Virus record (IMG/VR): IMGVR_UViG_3300045391_006539
From: a virus
Taxonomy: Duplodnaviria > Caudoviricetes
DNA length: 64,000 nucleotides
Reading direction: 5' to 3' (one strand)
Shown: one piece after another, positions 9,773 through 19,583 of the stretch
Layout: every line of letters starts with the position of its first letter
Position numbering within the stretch: the first letter of the stretch is position 1
The notes under the pieces: generated by a model
What the model saw: only the letters and a program-made list of their open reading frames with translations
What the model was told of the DNA's origin: nothing
Database searches by the model: none
Program-made: the position numbers and the translations under genes

Positions 9773-10546
9773 ATGGACAAGCAGGCAAACCCGGTCGTCG
9801 CCGCCAAGCTCATCGCCGCCATGCTCGGCTCGGGCTTGATGATGGCCGACAGTGCCCATGTCCAGGAACTCCAGGAAGAAGCGGCGGTTCTCAACGAGAT
9901 GAGCCGCATGTACGAGGCGAGGAAGATGCAGCAGACCATCGACAGCCTGAGCACCCAGAAGTTCGCTTCGGCCGAGTGGCATGCCCTGCGCGCGGTGAAG
10001 GTGGCGGCCGCCGTCACGGCCGCCGGCGGGGACTTCGACAAGCTCGCGGCCCTGCTCGAGGCGGAGGGCATGGACAAGGAGGCGCTCGGCGCGCTCATCG
10101 GAGGTCTCGCCCGGCTCGGTGGGGCCGCTCTCAAAGGCCTCGGCGGGGGCGCCAAGGCGCTCGGCGCCGCCAAGCTCCCCTCACTCGGGGGCTCCGGCGT
10201 GGGCGCGTTCCAGAAGGCCTGGCAGGGCGCCGCGCCGGCAGCGCAGGCTACCCAGGGGTACCTGCAGCGCGCTGGCGGCTGGCTCCAGGGACACGGCGCC
10301 TCGCTCGCCGCCAAAGGTCAGGCCAGTGTTGCGGCCGCCGCGCCGGCAGCCGCTGCGAGCAAGCCGCTGCTCGGCATGGGAACCAAGGCCAAGCTCGTCG
10401 GCGCGGGTGCGCTCGCTGGTGCGGGCTACCTCGGATACAAGGGTCTGCAGGCGGGACGAGACTACATGCTGGCGCCGCCGCGGCACAGCATTTACGGCAC
10501 ACCCGTCGCGAACAACATCAATCAATACGGAGTGCCGCAGTACTAG
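9773..10546 (+). CDS. Glycine-zipper K-x-A putative virion protein
   Basis: DKQAN, QKFAS, VKVAA, DKEAL motifs; GAGALAGAGYLGY. Confidence 0.65.
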   Translation: MDKQANPVVAAKLIAAMLGSGLMMADSAHVQELQEEAAVLNEMSRMYEARKMQQTIDSLSTQKFASAEWHALRAVKVAAAVTAAGGDFDKLAALLEAEGMDKEALGALIGGLARLGGAALKGLGGGAKALGAAKLPSLGGSGVGAFQKAWQGAAPAAQATQGYLQRAGGWLQGHGASLAAKGQASVAAAAPAAAASKPLLGMGTKAKLVGAGALAGAGYLGYKGLQAGRDYMLAPPRHSIYGTPVANNINQYGVPQY

Positions 10547-10863
10547 CGGAGCCAGCTAGGGATGACATCGGCGTTCGGAGGCAGGTCTTTTGGAGGCCTT
10601 TCCTCGAGCGCCTCATCGTCCGCCGGTGACGACGTCGAGGCTCTGGAGGAGCTCGCTGACCTTGTCTTCGCCGAGGAGCTCTCGGGATTCGAGGATGAGA
10701 CGGCGGTACTCTTCCGGTTGAAATCCAAGGTCGCATTGTCGAGCAGAGTCTGCTCCATTGGCGACAGGGTCTCGAGAGTCTTGCTTCCGCTCATCAGTTC
10801 CTGCAGCAGTTCGCTCACCCCCGTCTCGTATTTGCTCGGGTCTCGAAGCAGGTCGTCGAACAT
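10543..10863 (-). CDS. Hypothetical protein
   Basis: MFDDLLRDPSKYE... in the 10543..11061 frame; converges on the preceding gene. Confidence 0.45.
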   Translation of the reverse strand: MFDDLLRDPSKYETGVSELLQELMSGSKTLETLSPMEQTLLDNATLDFNRKSTAVSSSNPESSSAKTRSASSSRASTSSPADDEALEERPPKDLPPNADVIPSWLR

Positions 10864-11245
10864 AATCTCGGGGCTTCCAATGAGGTTGGAGAAGAGCCCC
10901 TGCGGACGCGAGGATGGCACGGAGTCGCTTCTTCGAGAGACCAGACTTGACCACGAAGGGAACGTGGGCGGGACTACTGGATGCAATTGCATCAATGTAA
11001 GCAAGGCCGAGGCCTGTAGTTTCGGCGTCTGTGAGCTCGCGCTGAACTTTCTCGAACTCATTCTCTATCCACCTGCGATGCGTGTGTAGATGGCTCGCAA
11101 CTATACCAGTGACCGTGCTGGTGACGCTCATGTACTCGTTGCCGCGCTGGGCCACGCGATGACTCAGAACGACGCAATACTTGCCCAGTAGACGCCAGAA
11201 GTAAGGCGTCATCTTGAGGGCTACCGTGGGAGCGTCTCTTCGCAT
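10613..11245 (-). CDS. Hypothetical protein
   Basis: 210-aa ORF downstream of an AT-richer intergenic region. Confidence 0.5.
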   Translation of the reverse strand: MRRDAPTVALKMTPYFWRLLGKYCVVLSHRVAQRGNEYMSVTSTVTGIVASHLHTHRRWIENEFEKVQRELTDAETTGLGLAYIDAIASSSPAHVPFVVKSGLSKKRLRAILASAGALLQPHWKPRDYVRRPASRPEQIRDGGERTAAGTDERKQDSRDPVANGADSARQCDLGFQPEEYRRLILESRELLGEDKVSELLQSLDVVTGGR

Positions 11246-11395
11246 AGACCCAGTAGATTCTCTCGAATTTTCAGTGGACTATGAACTATGAAGGATGCAC
11301 AGTCAAAGGGCCTGCGTCGATAGGGAAAAAGAGTGTGGGCGCGAATCTCGCACTAGAGGCAGGTTGCCCCTGAGAGCGTCGCGATAGGAGAGACC

Positions 11396-12127
11396 ATGGC
11401 AAAACTAGAGACTGCCGACCAATTCATCGAACAAGTCAAGAACGGGAAATACGAGACCAAGGTCAACGCGCAGCGTGCTGCGGGGCGAACCCGTCTGTCA
11501 GATGGCGAGAAGAAGAAGGCTTTCGCCTTCCTCGACAAGCACTTTGGCGTAGATGCCGCGCCGGCGTCAACCACCCCCAAGACTTCCAAACGTCTCGCGA
11601 AGGTTTCACGCAAGAAGAAAGTCACACGCCCGAAGAAGACTACCCCGAGCGAGGTCGCGGTGACCGAGCCCGCGGCGGCAGCCGCGTCCAAGCCAGCCAA
11701 GACGGCCAAGAAGGTCGTGACCAAGACCCGCAAAGCGCCGGTCGAGGCGGCTCCCGAGGGAACGCTGCCCATCAGCCCGAGCGAGGTCAACTCGGTCGCC
11801 GACGTGCTCAAGCTCATCGACTCCACCGTGAGTCAGAGCGTGTCCATCGTTGGCGCTCTGCGCACGGCCAACGACCTGCACGAAGCGGGCGACATCGCGA
11901 CGGGCGTCAGTACCATCAAGCTGGCCCTGGTGGGTGCAGCCCAGCTCCTGCATCAGAACGTGGTGGCGCCGCTCAACAGGGCGGGGACTCAGGCCGATGC
12001 AGAAGTGGCACAGCGACTGCAGGAAGTCATCAACGCGAGCGTCGACGGACCCGCTCAGCAGAATGCATCCGTGCAGCACGCGGGTTACGTGCCACCGCCA
12101 CCCGCGTTCGAGTCTCAACTGTCCTGA
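11396..12127 (+). CDS. Lys/Ala-rich protein (histone-like DNA-binding segment)
   Basis: KKKVTRPKK and KPAKTAKKVVTKTRK; SD AGGAG. Confidence 0.6.
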   Translation: MAKLETADQFIEQVKNGKYETKVNAQRAAGRTRLSDGEKKKAFAFLDKHFGVDAAPASTTPKTSKRLAKVSRKKKVTRPKKTTPSEVAVTEPAAAAASKPAKTAKKVVTKTRKAPVEAAPEGTLPISPSEVNSVADVLKLIDSTVSQSVSIVGALRTANDLHEAGDIATGVSTIKLALVGAAQLLHQNVVAPLNRAGTQADAEVAQRLQEVINASVDGPAQQNASVQHAGYVPPPPAFESQLS

Positions 12128-12564
12128 GCAGGTCGCCTCTTTCTCCACAGGATGCCGATGCTGTGAACGTCGTCCGTGACTTCGGGCTCTCCCAGCAGGC
12201 GTATGTCCCCACTCGTATGGATTGGAATCGACCAGCCTCGGCTTCCGTGGTGAGATTCTAAGACCACCGAGACTTCGCGCTCCTTCTGCTCGGCGAGGAG
12301 GAGCGCGTAGGCCCGGGTCTTTTGCACGAAGGCGTGCAGCGTCTCGGGCCAGCTCGTCTTGTTCGTGGGCAGGTCGAGCACGCACGCGCCGTTGACGGGC
12401 AAGCCATCCTCTCCGAGGATGGTCTCGCTCGGCCAAGCGATGACGAATGGGTCTACCTGGCGTCGCTCTCGCCAGCTCTCATAGACGCTCTTGAGACCGC
12501 GGGCGGCCTCTGCCTTGATATTGTCCCAGATGAAGCGTTCGCTCGTGTAGTATCGGTTGTCCAT
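12115..12564 (-). CDS. Hypothetical protein
   Basis: MDNRYYTSERFIW... globular ORF. Confidence 0.55.
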   Translation of the reverse strand: MDNRYYTSERFIWDNIKAEAARGLKSVYESWRERRQVDPFVIAWPSETILGEDGLPVNGACVLDLPTNKTSWPETLHAFVQKTRAYALLLAEQKEREVSVVLESHHGSRGWSIPIHTSGDIRLLGEPEVTDDVHSIGILWRKRRPAQDS

Positions 12565-12835
12565 GGCTGCTCGTGACAGCTTGGAGGGTCTACGCAAGGA
12601 GCTCAAGCTCCGTGAGTCGAGAATCGCTCGAGCCACGCATTCCCTACGGGTAGACGTGGGTCCACTGGAGGGTGATGGCTTCACCGTCACTGCGGTTTGG
12701 CCCCATGGGTCCTGGCAGCGACGCTTTTCGTACGCGGACTGTCATCAATTCGGGACCTTCCCGCCGCGTAAGAAGACAGGCTGTAGTCTCAGTCGAGACA
12801 TCATTCAAGCCATCCACACCCAACGAGGCATATGA
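12563..12835 (+). CDS. Hypothetical protein
   Basis: Coupled to the next gene by ATGA. Confidence 0.5.
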   Translation: MAARDSLEGLRKELKLRESRIARATHSLRVDVGPLEGDGFTVTAVWPHGSWQRRFSYADCHQFGTFPPRKKTGCSLSRDIIQAIHTQRGI

Positions 12836-13338
12836 GCAGACCGACCAGCATGGAGCATGCGAAACCCATTGAGGAGTACCTGGCCGCCGGCGAGGAGGTC
12901 GTGCCACGCACTACTTGGTTCTATTTTGGCTACGACTGGCAATCACGCGAGAAGCAGGTCTTCCTGAACGAGCCGAGCGAGGACCTCCAGCGCTCTCTGG
13001 TGCAGGAAGGCAAGTGGCACCATCTCTACAAGCTGCAGGTCGAACTGCCCGTACCTGCGGAAGTCGATGAGCGTACGGAGATTCGCGTCTCGGAGACCGC
13101 CGACCTGCGCGTCGAGGTCATGCTCGACGCAAAGGACTACGCCGAGAGTGAGCGGCTCTCCTATGCGTTCGCCCGCCGTCTGTATGGCATTACGCCGTAT
13201 GTGATACCGGCGACGAGGACCATCAAACAGACGAACTACACCTGGAAGACGAACCTGGATGAGAAAGGCGAGGGTCCACACGTCTTCATCGTGGAGCGTG
13301 ATGGGCAACGGCTCCGGGTTACAGTAGAGGAACTATGA
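12832..13338 (+). CDS. Hypothetical protein
   Basis: Coupled ORF. Confidence 0.6.
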   Translation: MSRPTSMEHAKPIEEYLAAGEEVVPRTTWFYFGYDWQSREKQVFLNEPSEDLQRSLVQEGKWHHLYKLQVELPVPAEVDERTEIRVSETADLRVEVMLDAKDYAESERLSYAFARRLYGITPYVIPATRTIKQTNYTWKTNLDEKGEGPHVFIVERDGQRLRVTVEEL

Positions 13339-14057
13339 TTATCGGCATCCTCGGATTCGCTCAGACAGGCAAAGATACCATCGCCAATCTACTCGCCGAA
13401 CATGGCGCCCAGAAGATTGGCTTTGCCGACGAGCTCAAGCGCATCACGATGCAGCTCTTCGGCTTCACTCCCGAGCAGATGTGGGGCACCAAAGAGCAGA
13501 AGGAAGCCCCGGATTTGCGATACCCGCGTCTCCATTCCATCACGTATTACAACGATGAGCCGGGCAGCGTCAGGGTCAAGTGCCTATGCTGCGGTCTCGA
13601 GAGTCCCAGTGACGACATCGATGTGGTCAACGCGACGTACGAGGCTCCGTGTTACCTCAACGGGCGCTACGCATTGAAGACCCTAGGTACCGAGGGCGCT
13701 CGTGCGTGCTGGGATGGTATCTGGGTGCAGAAGGCCGTCCAAAACGCTCGTGGGATAGAGCGCGGTCTTTGGTACGACGTGCGGCAGGGTTTCGGGACCT
13801 CGTTTCACGACCATGCGGCCCCAACGACGGCCGTCTTCATCGATTGCCGCTTCGAGAACGAGGTCGTGGGCATCCAGGCTGCGGGTGGTCGGGTCTACCG
13901 CATCAAACGACCGGGCTACGAGAAGCCCATGTTCGACCACCCGAGCGAGACGGAACAACTACGCATACCCGATGATAAGCTCCAGGGTGTGATTCACAAC
14001 GACGGCACACTGGAAGACCTGAAGGCGAAAGCCATCGGGCTCCTCTCGGAGAGGTGA
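13335..14057 (+). CDS. Deoxynucleoside monophosphate kinase (T4 gp1-like)
   Basis: IIGILGFAQTGKDT P-loop, FADELK, LGTEGAR, DCRFENE, HPSE, IHNDGTLEDL. Confidence 0.9.
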   Translation: MIIGILGFAQTGKDTIANLLAEHGAQKIGFADELKRITMQLFGFTPEQMWGTKEQKEAPDLRYPRLHSITYYNDEPGSVRVKCLCCGLESPSDDIDVVNATYEAPCYLNGRYALKTLGTEGARACWDGIWVQKAVQNARGIERGLWYDVRQGFGTSFHDHAAPTTAVFIDCRFENEVVGIQAAGGRVYRIKRPGYEKPMFDHPSETEQLRIPDDKLQGVIHNDGTLEDLKAKAIGLLSER

Positions 14058-14060
14058 GGC

Positions 14061-14450
14061 ATGACGGCACGTACGTTCCAGCTCTCTCAGGAGGAATACG
14101 AGTCGCTCATTGCGCTCGCACGCCAGGGCGCCCAGCTCTCGGGCAACCAGAGCCGTGTGCGCCAGCTCGAGGAATGGCTGAAGCTCATCGAAAAACAGAA
14201 TGGCGTGAGTCGAAGTGTGGTGACGGTCTTGTGGCAGGAGCTCGATGAGCCGCTACCTCCGGGCACGTTCTTCCCCACGACCTGGCCACCGACGCTCAAG
14301 CGCACCGTCGAGCTCATCGGTAGACTCGTCTCCCGCGCCGACATCGACGCGGTGCTCTCGGCGCATGCCAAGAACCCGACCAGCGTGATGTGTACCAAAG
14401 ACCCCAATGGAGTCGTGGGCCTCACGCCCATCGACCAATTCTTCGTTTAG
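14061..14450 (+). CDS. Hypothetical protein
   Basis: ORF with SD. Confidence 0.6.
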   Translation: MTARTFQLSQEEYESLIALARQGAQLSGNQSRVRQLEEWLKLIEKQNGVSRSVVTVLWQELDEPLPPGTFFPTTWPPTLKRTVELIGRLVSRADIDAVLSAHAKNPTSVMCTKDPNGVVGLTPIDQFFV

Positions 14451-14453
14451 CGC

Positions 14454-14720
14454 ATGCCAACCATCGATGTGAGTCAGCTGCCGTCCTACGTCCTCCTGTT
14501 CGAAGACATCGAGGCGACGTGTACGGTCGATGGCTGGAAGAAGAAGTTCAAATTCGTCAACGGCATGAGGCTTCGGGTGGGTGACCCTTTGCCTCGCGGT
14601 GAAGACCCGAACTTTGATACATGCATGCGATGCAAGAGAAAGTCGATGCGAGTGACGAAGGTCCCGGAGGCCCCGTCCCCACTCCCGCCACGTGGCTTCT
14701 GGAGGGTTCCCACCGAATAG
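14454..14720 (+). CDS. Hypothetical protein (CxxC)
   Basis: CMRC motif; operonic spacing. Confidence 0.55.
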   Translation: MPTIDVSQLPSYVLLFEDIEATCTVDGWKKKFKFVNGMRLRVGDPLPRGEDPNFDTCMRCKRKSMRVTKVPEAPSPLPPRGFWRVPTE

Positions 14721-14743
14721 TCGTCGGCCCAGAGCCAGGACAG

Positions 14744-15073
14744 ATGACGGTGCACGGAGACTTCGGTCCCGTCGCCGTCGTGGAGGGACAAGTCAGTTGC
14801 CGTCCCATCGAGAGTGCCGCTCAGCGCTTTCGTGGGGTGGTCTACGACTTCGACCACCTCTGGTGGACGCACACCGGGATGATTCTGCTCTTGCAGGGGG
14901 TCATCTTGCCGAATCTCGTTGGCCCCGTGATGACCATCATCCGTGGTCAGCACAGCGAAGTCTGGCGCCCACGTCCCTGCGTGCGTGACGTGCGCTTCGT
15001 AGTTCAGATGGACAATCCAGAGGGTCTGTCCTGCGGCGACATCTTCCAGCTCGCCGTGGGTCTAGGCCTCTGA
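14744..15073 (+). CDS. Hypothetical protein
   Basis: ATG14744 after AGGA. Confidence 0.4.
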   Translation: MTVHGDFGPVAVVEGQVSCRPIESAAQRFRGVVYDFDHLWWTHTGMILLLQGVILPNLVGPVMTIIRGQHSEVWRPRPCVRDVRFVVQMDNPEGLSCGDIFQLAVGLGL

Positions 15074-15104
15074 CTTCCCTTCTTGCTAGGATTGTATATA
15101 CGAT

Positions 15105-16403
15105 GTGTCGACAATTGAGAGGCCCATGGTCCGACGAACCGTGACGCAGGGCTCGAGCAAGGGCGTGGTGGAGCTCCCCAATCCCACCGGTGAGGTGTTC
15201 ATCGCGCCAGGCGTCGGTGCCGAAGGCACGGCCAAGGCGCAGGGCTACCAGGCGGGCATCCACGCGCGGCGTGGGTCGTTGCCCAAGCAGGACCTGCCCC
15301 TCAACCCAGACCGGCCACTGGTGCCACACCTCTCGGGTGGACCCACCTCGGGCGGACGTCCCCAAACGATGGCCGAGTTCGCCGCCAGCGAGCGCGGACA
15401 GATACCCAGGGGACCCGCACCCGCCCCGGGCGGGAACTCCATCATCATGGAAGGTGCGCCCCGCCCCCAGGCGCCCCCCGCCGCGCCGCCGCGGCTGAAG
15501 CTCCTCCCCAACGACGTCCTGCCGACCCAGGCCAAGGACGACCCCGAGTACCGCCAGGGCTACGGGTCCGAGTTCGCTGCCAACCAGCCCAACCTGGCGG
15601 CCAAGTACGGGGTCATCCGGGGCGGTACCTTCATCCCGCCTCAGAAGCTCGTCGCCGACACGGGGCAAGCCAAGCTGCGACCTGACACCGTGGCGGGCCT
15701 GCAGGCGCTTCAGCAGCACCTGCAGCAGGGAAATGCACCCGAGCCTGCGCCTGATGCCGAGGACCTCGCGGCGGAGAAAGCCGTGGCAGAGGGCCTCGGT
15801 GGCTCGGCAGCGCGCATCGGGGGCGTCGACCCGGGTTCGGAGACCAAGCCGCGCGACAGCGACGACGAGCGCGCCAAGGCCCTCAAGCGCGCCATCGACC
15901 AGATGGACGCCTTCGAGTTCAACCAGTGGCGCCAGCTCACCATGCGCCAGATTCTCCACTCCGAAGAGGAGCGCGAGACCATCGAGAAGCGTCTACAGCC
16001 GCTCGACATCGGCGACATCCTGATGAAGGGGGTCATCCGCCAACGCATCCCCATCATCCCCGGTAAGTACGAGCTCACGCTGCAGTCCTACGAGGGTCAG
16101 GTCGAGCTCGCGCTCAAGCGCCTGGTCATGATGGAGAGTCGCAGCGTCGACGTCGGTGAGCAATACCTACTCGACAAGCACTCGTTCATGAGCATCGCCG
16201 TCGGCCTGCACAAAATCAACGACACGGTCTACCCCGATGTCTTTGACGCCAATGGGGTCTTCGACGACAAGTTGTTCTTCACCAAATTCAACCGCGTGAT
16301 GCGCTTGCCACTGCACATGCTCGCCAGTATCGGGGTCAACCTGATGTGGTTCGAAATGCGGGTGCGCAAGCTCTACTCGGCTACCGCACTGGGAAATGGC
16401 TAG
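15105..16403 (+). CDS. Putative tail assembly chaperone (gpG-like)
   Basis: Ends ...ALGNG* across the slippery heptamer GGGAAAT (16391-16397). Confidence 0.55.
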   Translation: MSTIERPMVRRTVTQGSSKGVVELPNPTGEVFIAPGVGAEGTAKAQGYQAGIHARRGSLPKQDLPLNPDRPLVPHLSGGPTSGGRPQTMAEFAASERGQIPRGPAPAPGGNSIIMEGAPRPQAPPAAPPRLKLLPNDVLPTQAKDDPEYRQGYGSEFAANQPNLAAKYGVIRGGTFIPPQKLVADTGQAKLRPDTVAGLQALQQHLQQGNAPEPAPDAEDLAAEKAVAEGLGGSAARIGGVDPGSETKPRDSDDERAKALKRAIDQMDAFEFNQWRQLTMRQILHSEEERETIEKRLQPLDIGDILMKGVIRQRIPIIPGKYELTLQSYEGQVELALKRLVMMESRSVDVGEQYLLDKHSFMSIAVGLHKINDTVYPDVFDANGVFDDKLFFTKFNRVMRLPLHMLASIGVNLMWFEMRVRKLYSATALGNG

Positions 16404-16819
16404 GGACTCCCGAAGGCTGGTCACGAGCAAATCTCTTGCTCAAGACCCTGCGAGCGCCACCCGAACCCGGGACGCTTCGGGAGTCCATGCTGAATCTGCT
16501 GCTCATGAAGCAAGAAGCCATCGAGCACGCACGGTTCAGAGCGCTCTCTCAGATAGTCATCGACAAGGACAAGGGCATCGAAGCATTTGAGGAGTACATG
16601 AAGACGGCCTTCCCGTACTTGGAGGCCACGAAGAAGAAAGACCGCAAAGAGTCCATCGACAAGCTCCTCGCAGAGATTGGTAAAGGAGCCATCGCCATTC
16701 GTCCCATCGCCACCCCCACCATGCGCAGCCGTATCTCCGAGGCCAAACAGAAGCGCATCGCACCCCAGTCCAAAGAAGAAGAGCAGAAACTCTACAAGCG
16801 CATCGGCCGTAGCATATGA
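16391..16819 (+). CDS. -1 frameshift extension (gpGT-like)
   Basis: The -1 frame GKWLGTPEGWSRANLLL... is open to 16819. Confidence 0.55.
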   Translation, partial: GKWLGTPEGWSRANLLLKTLRAPPEPGTLRESMLNLLLMKQEAIEHARFRALSQIVIDKDKGIEAFEEYMKTAFPYLEATKKKDRKESIDKLLAEIGKGAIAIRPIATPTMRSRISEAKQKRIAPQSKEEEQKLYKRIGRSI

Positions 16820-17211
16820 CCACCATTCTCGGACCCAGACAGACCACGGCAGAGGCCTACTTCTGTCCAAAGTGCCAGAGCCCAGTCGAGGTGCCCGTGA
16901 CCCTGCTGGGCGTGCCTGGTGACGTGCGCTGCTCGTGTGGTTGGTACGGCATGCACACCGAGCTCGCCGTCTCCAAGTTCAAGCACGAGTTCGCGAGTGA
17001 CGAGGAGATTGCAAACCGCATGTCGAGTGACCTGCGCAATCTCCTCGCCAAGACGGCGGGTTCGAGCTACGCGGCGTTCCTGCTCAAGTGGGGCTTTCTC
17101 GACCAGCCTGTCCAGCGAGCGCAGCTCGCCCGTTATCTGCAGGACATCGCCAAGGCCGTCGTTCCAGCCATCATCGAGACGCGCAAGAAGCTGGTCGAGG
17201 AAAAGTCATGA
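16816..17211 (+). CDS. Zn-ribbon protein
   Basis: CPKC...CSCGW. Confidence 0.6.
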   Translation: MTTILGPRQTTAEAYFCPKCQSPVEVPVTLLGVPGDVRCSCGWYGMHTELAVSKFKHEFASDEEIANRMSSDLRNLLAKTAGSSYAAFLLKWGFLDQPVQRAQLARYLQDIAKAVVPAIIETRKKLVEEKS

Positions 17212-17540
17212 TGGATGACCCTCTTCGAGACGAAGACGACGAGGCGCCTCGAGCCCCGGAGGTCAAACCCGACAGCAACGGACTTTTCTGTTTTCTGAAT
17301 GGCGAGCGCGAATGCGGGGCAGACTGCATGGCCTACCTCACCGAGCCAAACAGCGAATCCCCGCATCTCGGTCTCCAACAGAAGAACTGCATACTGCTCG
17401 TGTCCGTCGAGCGCCTCGGAAGGTCTACTGCTGGCATCGCCAGTCTGGTCAACAAGGCCCAGCAGGCATCTGCTAAGGAGGCGGCTGACCGCATGCGACA
17501 GTCGCATCCCTCCCCTCCAGACCCACGAGGCACGAAATGA
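17208..17540 (+). CDS. Cys-rich hypothetical protein
   Basis: CFLNGERECGADCMAY. Confidence 0.55.
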   Translation: MMDDPLRDEDDEAPRAPEVKPDSNGLFCFLNGERECGADCMAYLTEPNSESPHLGLQQKNCILLVSVERLGRSTAGIASLVNKAQQASAKEAADRMRQSHPSPPDPRGTK

Positions 17541-18142
17541 AGGCCACCATCACCTCCGTCGACCAGAACTACGTGCTGGCAACGAAGTCGGTACTCAACT
17601 TCCTCACGTTCGAGTTGCCGAGTGGTCGGCGCTTCCAAGTCCCCGTCGATGACGGGGTGGTCGAAGCCATCATTGGTGAATCGAATCAGTCGAAGGCGCA
17701 CACGGACACCACTGGGTATCTACAACACGCGCCGGTCGAGCCCATACCATCCGTGAGCCGTCAGCTCGATTCTCTGTTCGAGGAGGCGCCACCCGCCAAC
17801 GTCTCCATCGAGACGAGTGTGCAGCACGTCGAATGGGCGAGTCTACCAGATGCTCAACTGCCCCAGCAGGCCAAGAACGTCATGCAGGCGAGCGGTGTCG
17901 CCCCCGTCCTTCCACGTGAGGACTTCGAGCGGCTGCGAGAGCAAATCATGGCCAAGCTCTCGCAACGTCAGGAAGTCGGCAAGGTGGATTGGAGCTCGGG
18001 TGCTCGACGCGCGCCGACGCGAGTTGCTCGGCGCACGGTGCCACAAGACGAGTTCGGCAACCCCATCCCACCGGGTGGCGTCATCGAACCAGACCCCGGT
18101 GAGACCCGTGACGAGGACGATGATGGGGTCCAACAGGCATGA
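17537..18142 (+). CDS. Hypothetical protein
   Basis: ATGA-coupled ORF. Confidence 0.6.
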   Translation: MKATITSVDQNYVLATKSVLNFLTFELPSGRRFQVPVDDGVVEAIIGESNQSKAHTDTTGYLQHAPVEPIPSVSRQLDSLFEEAPPANVSIETSVQHVEWASLPDAQLPQQAKNVMQASGVAPVLPREDFERLREQIMAKLSQRQEVGKVDWSSGARRAPTRVARRTVPQDEFGNPIPPGGVIEPDPGETRDEDDDGVQQA

Positions 18143-18612
18143 TTACCCTCGCCTGCCTCGAGTGCCGACTCGCGTTGCGCACGAGCAGCGAGAAGCACGA
18201 CGAGGTCAACTTCCTCATCGGGATGTACTCGGAGTGGTACCCCGACCGCTATCCGTGCCCACGCAGCGAGTGCAAGGGGAAGATGACACTCACCGACGCC
18301 ATCGCCGCGGACGAGCTCGAATATCTCGAGATGCACGACGTCACGCCACAGGAGGCGTTTCAGGCGCTCCAGGGTATGGGTCTACCGAGTGAGAAAGCGT
18401 GCACGGTCGAGGGCGTACGGGCGGCATTTGCCCAGAGAGTCATCGAGCTCGATGTCGCTCCCGTACCGGGCACGCAGCGGGTGCTGCTGCGCTCGCTCAA
18501 GGTCGAGGATGGAACGCGCCTGTTCGTCGCCTCCAGCCCCTTCGGAGCCGTCGTCTACCGCATCGCCCCACCTCGTTCCGTGACCCGGGAGGTTCTCAGT
18601 GAGAATCTTTGA
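18139..18612 (+). CDS. Zn-finger hypothetical protein
   Basis: CLEC...CPRSEC. Confidence 0.6.
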   Translation: MITLACLECRLALRTSSEKHDEVNFLIGMYSEWYPDRYPCPRSECKGKMTLTDAIAADELEYLEMHDVTPQEAFQALQGMGLPSEKACTVEGVRAAFAQRVIELDVAPVPGTQRVLLRSLKVEDGTRLFVASSPFGAVVYRIAPPRSVTREVLSENL

Positions 18613-19318
18613 CGACGTCGTCTTGCTCGAATACCGGCGTGAGAACGACGCCTACACTTTCGCGGGTAGTATCACCATCAAGGGGCAGCACGAAGAGGCC
18701 TTCCAAGGCGCCTCGTTTGTGGACATGCTCGAGCGTGCCGGGGCGGTGCTCCGGCAGTATCTGGGCTACCGCCTCATCCTCAAGCGGGGCGAAGCTCCTT
18801 ACCCCATGGCCTTGCCGGAGAACATCGAGGAACTACTCCGAGACGACACGGCCGAGGCAATTCGGAGGCTCACCATTCCCCCACAACGCATCGAGATTCG
18901 AGACCGACCCACCCGTGGCAAGAAAGACACCTTGCTCGGGGAACTTCGGCATGGCTTCGACACCCTCGCCGACGCCCTGGGCGACGAGCTCTACCTGCGA
19001 CTGCAGGTGCGCCGAGATGGGTCATGGGCAGAGGACCCGGCATCCGGGCGCTGGCTACCCGTCAGTGCAGACCAACTCTGTGGCAACCTCCGCATCGTCG
19101 AGGTCAGCCCCTATCGAGGGGCGTGGTGCACCGCTCGTACCAGCGACGTGCTCGCGCTCGGCCTCGGTCGTTACTACCTCCCACGCCGCTGGAATCCCAG
19201 CCGTGGCTGGATTTCACACACTGCTCTCGTCGAGATGTACGAGACCTATCAGAAGGAGAAAGCCGATGCTACCAGCACGAGGAGTGACGACTCCGCAGAA
19301 TCAGGGCTCCCCGCGTAA
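18599..19318 (+). CDS. Hypothetical protein
   Basis: 239-aa ORF with SD GGAGG. Confidence 0.6.
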   Translation: MRIFDDVVLLEYRRENDAYTFAGSITIKGQHEEAFQGASFVDMLERAGAVLRQYLGYRLILKRGEAPYPMALPENIEELLRDDTAEAIRRLTIPPQRIEIRDRPTRGKKDTLLGELRHGFDTLADALGDELYLRLQVRRDGSWAEDPASGRWLPVSADQLCGNLRIVEVSPYRGAWCTARTSDVLALGLGRYYLPRRWNPSRGWISHTALVEMYETYQKEKADATSTRSDDSAESGLPA

Positions 19319-19583
19319 CGAGGGTCCCGCCAACACCGTCGTCAGCGTGGCGCCAGCCCAGTTCGTCGCCGTCGAGTATTTCGACGCCGACGGCCGTCGA
19401 CACCGGGACGTGGCCCTGGATGTGGGTGGCGAGTACTGGTTCGCACGGGATGGGGAGGCGTGGACGGGTGACCTGCGTCAGGCCAAGCCGTGGCTGCGCG
19501 ATGGCATCAAAGCCAAACTGCCACTGCCCGAGGCGACCCGTATCACGGACAACGTGGACGTCCTACCCGCCGTCACTGCATGA
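19266..19583 (+). CDS. Hypothetical protein
   Basis: ATG19266 after AAGGAG. Confidence 0.55.
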   Translation: MLPARGVTTPQNQGSPRNEGPANTVVSVAPAQFVAVEYFDADGRRHRDVALDVGGEYWFARDGEAWTGDLRQAKPWLRDGIKAKLPLPEATRITDNVDVLPAVTA

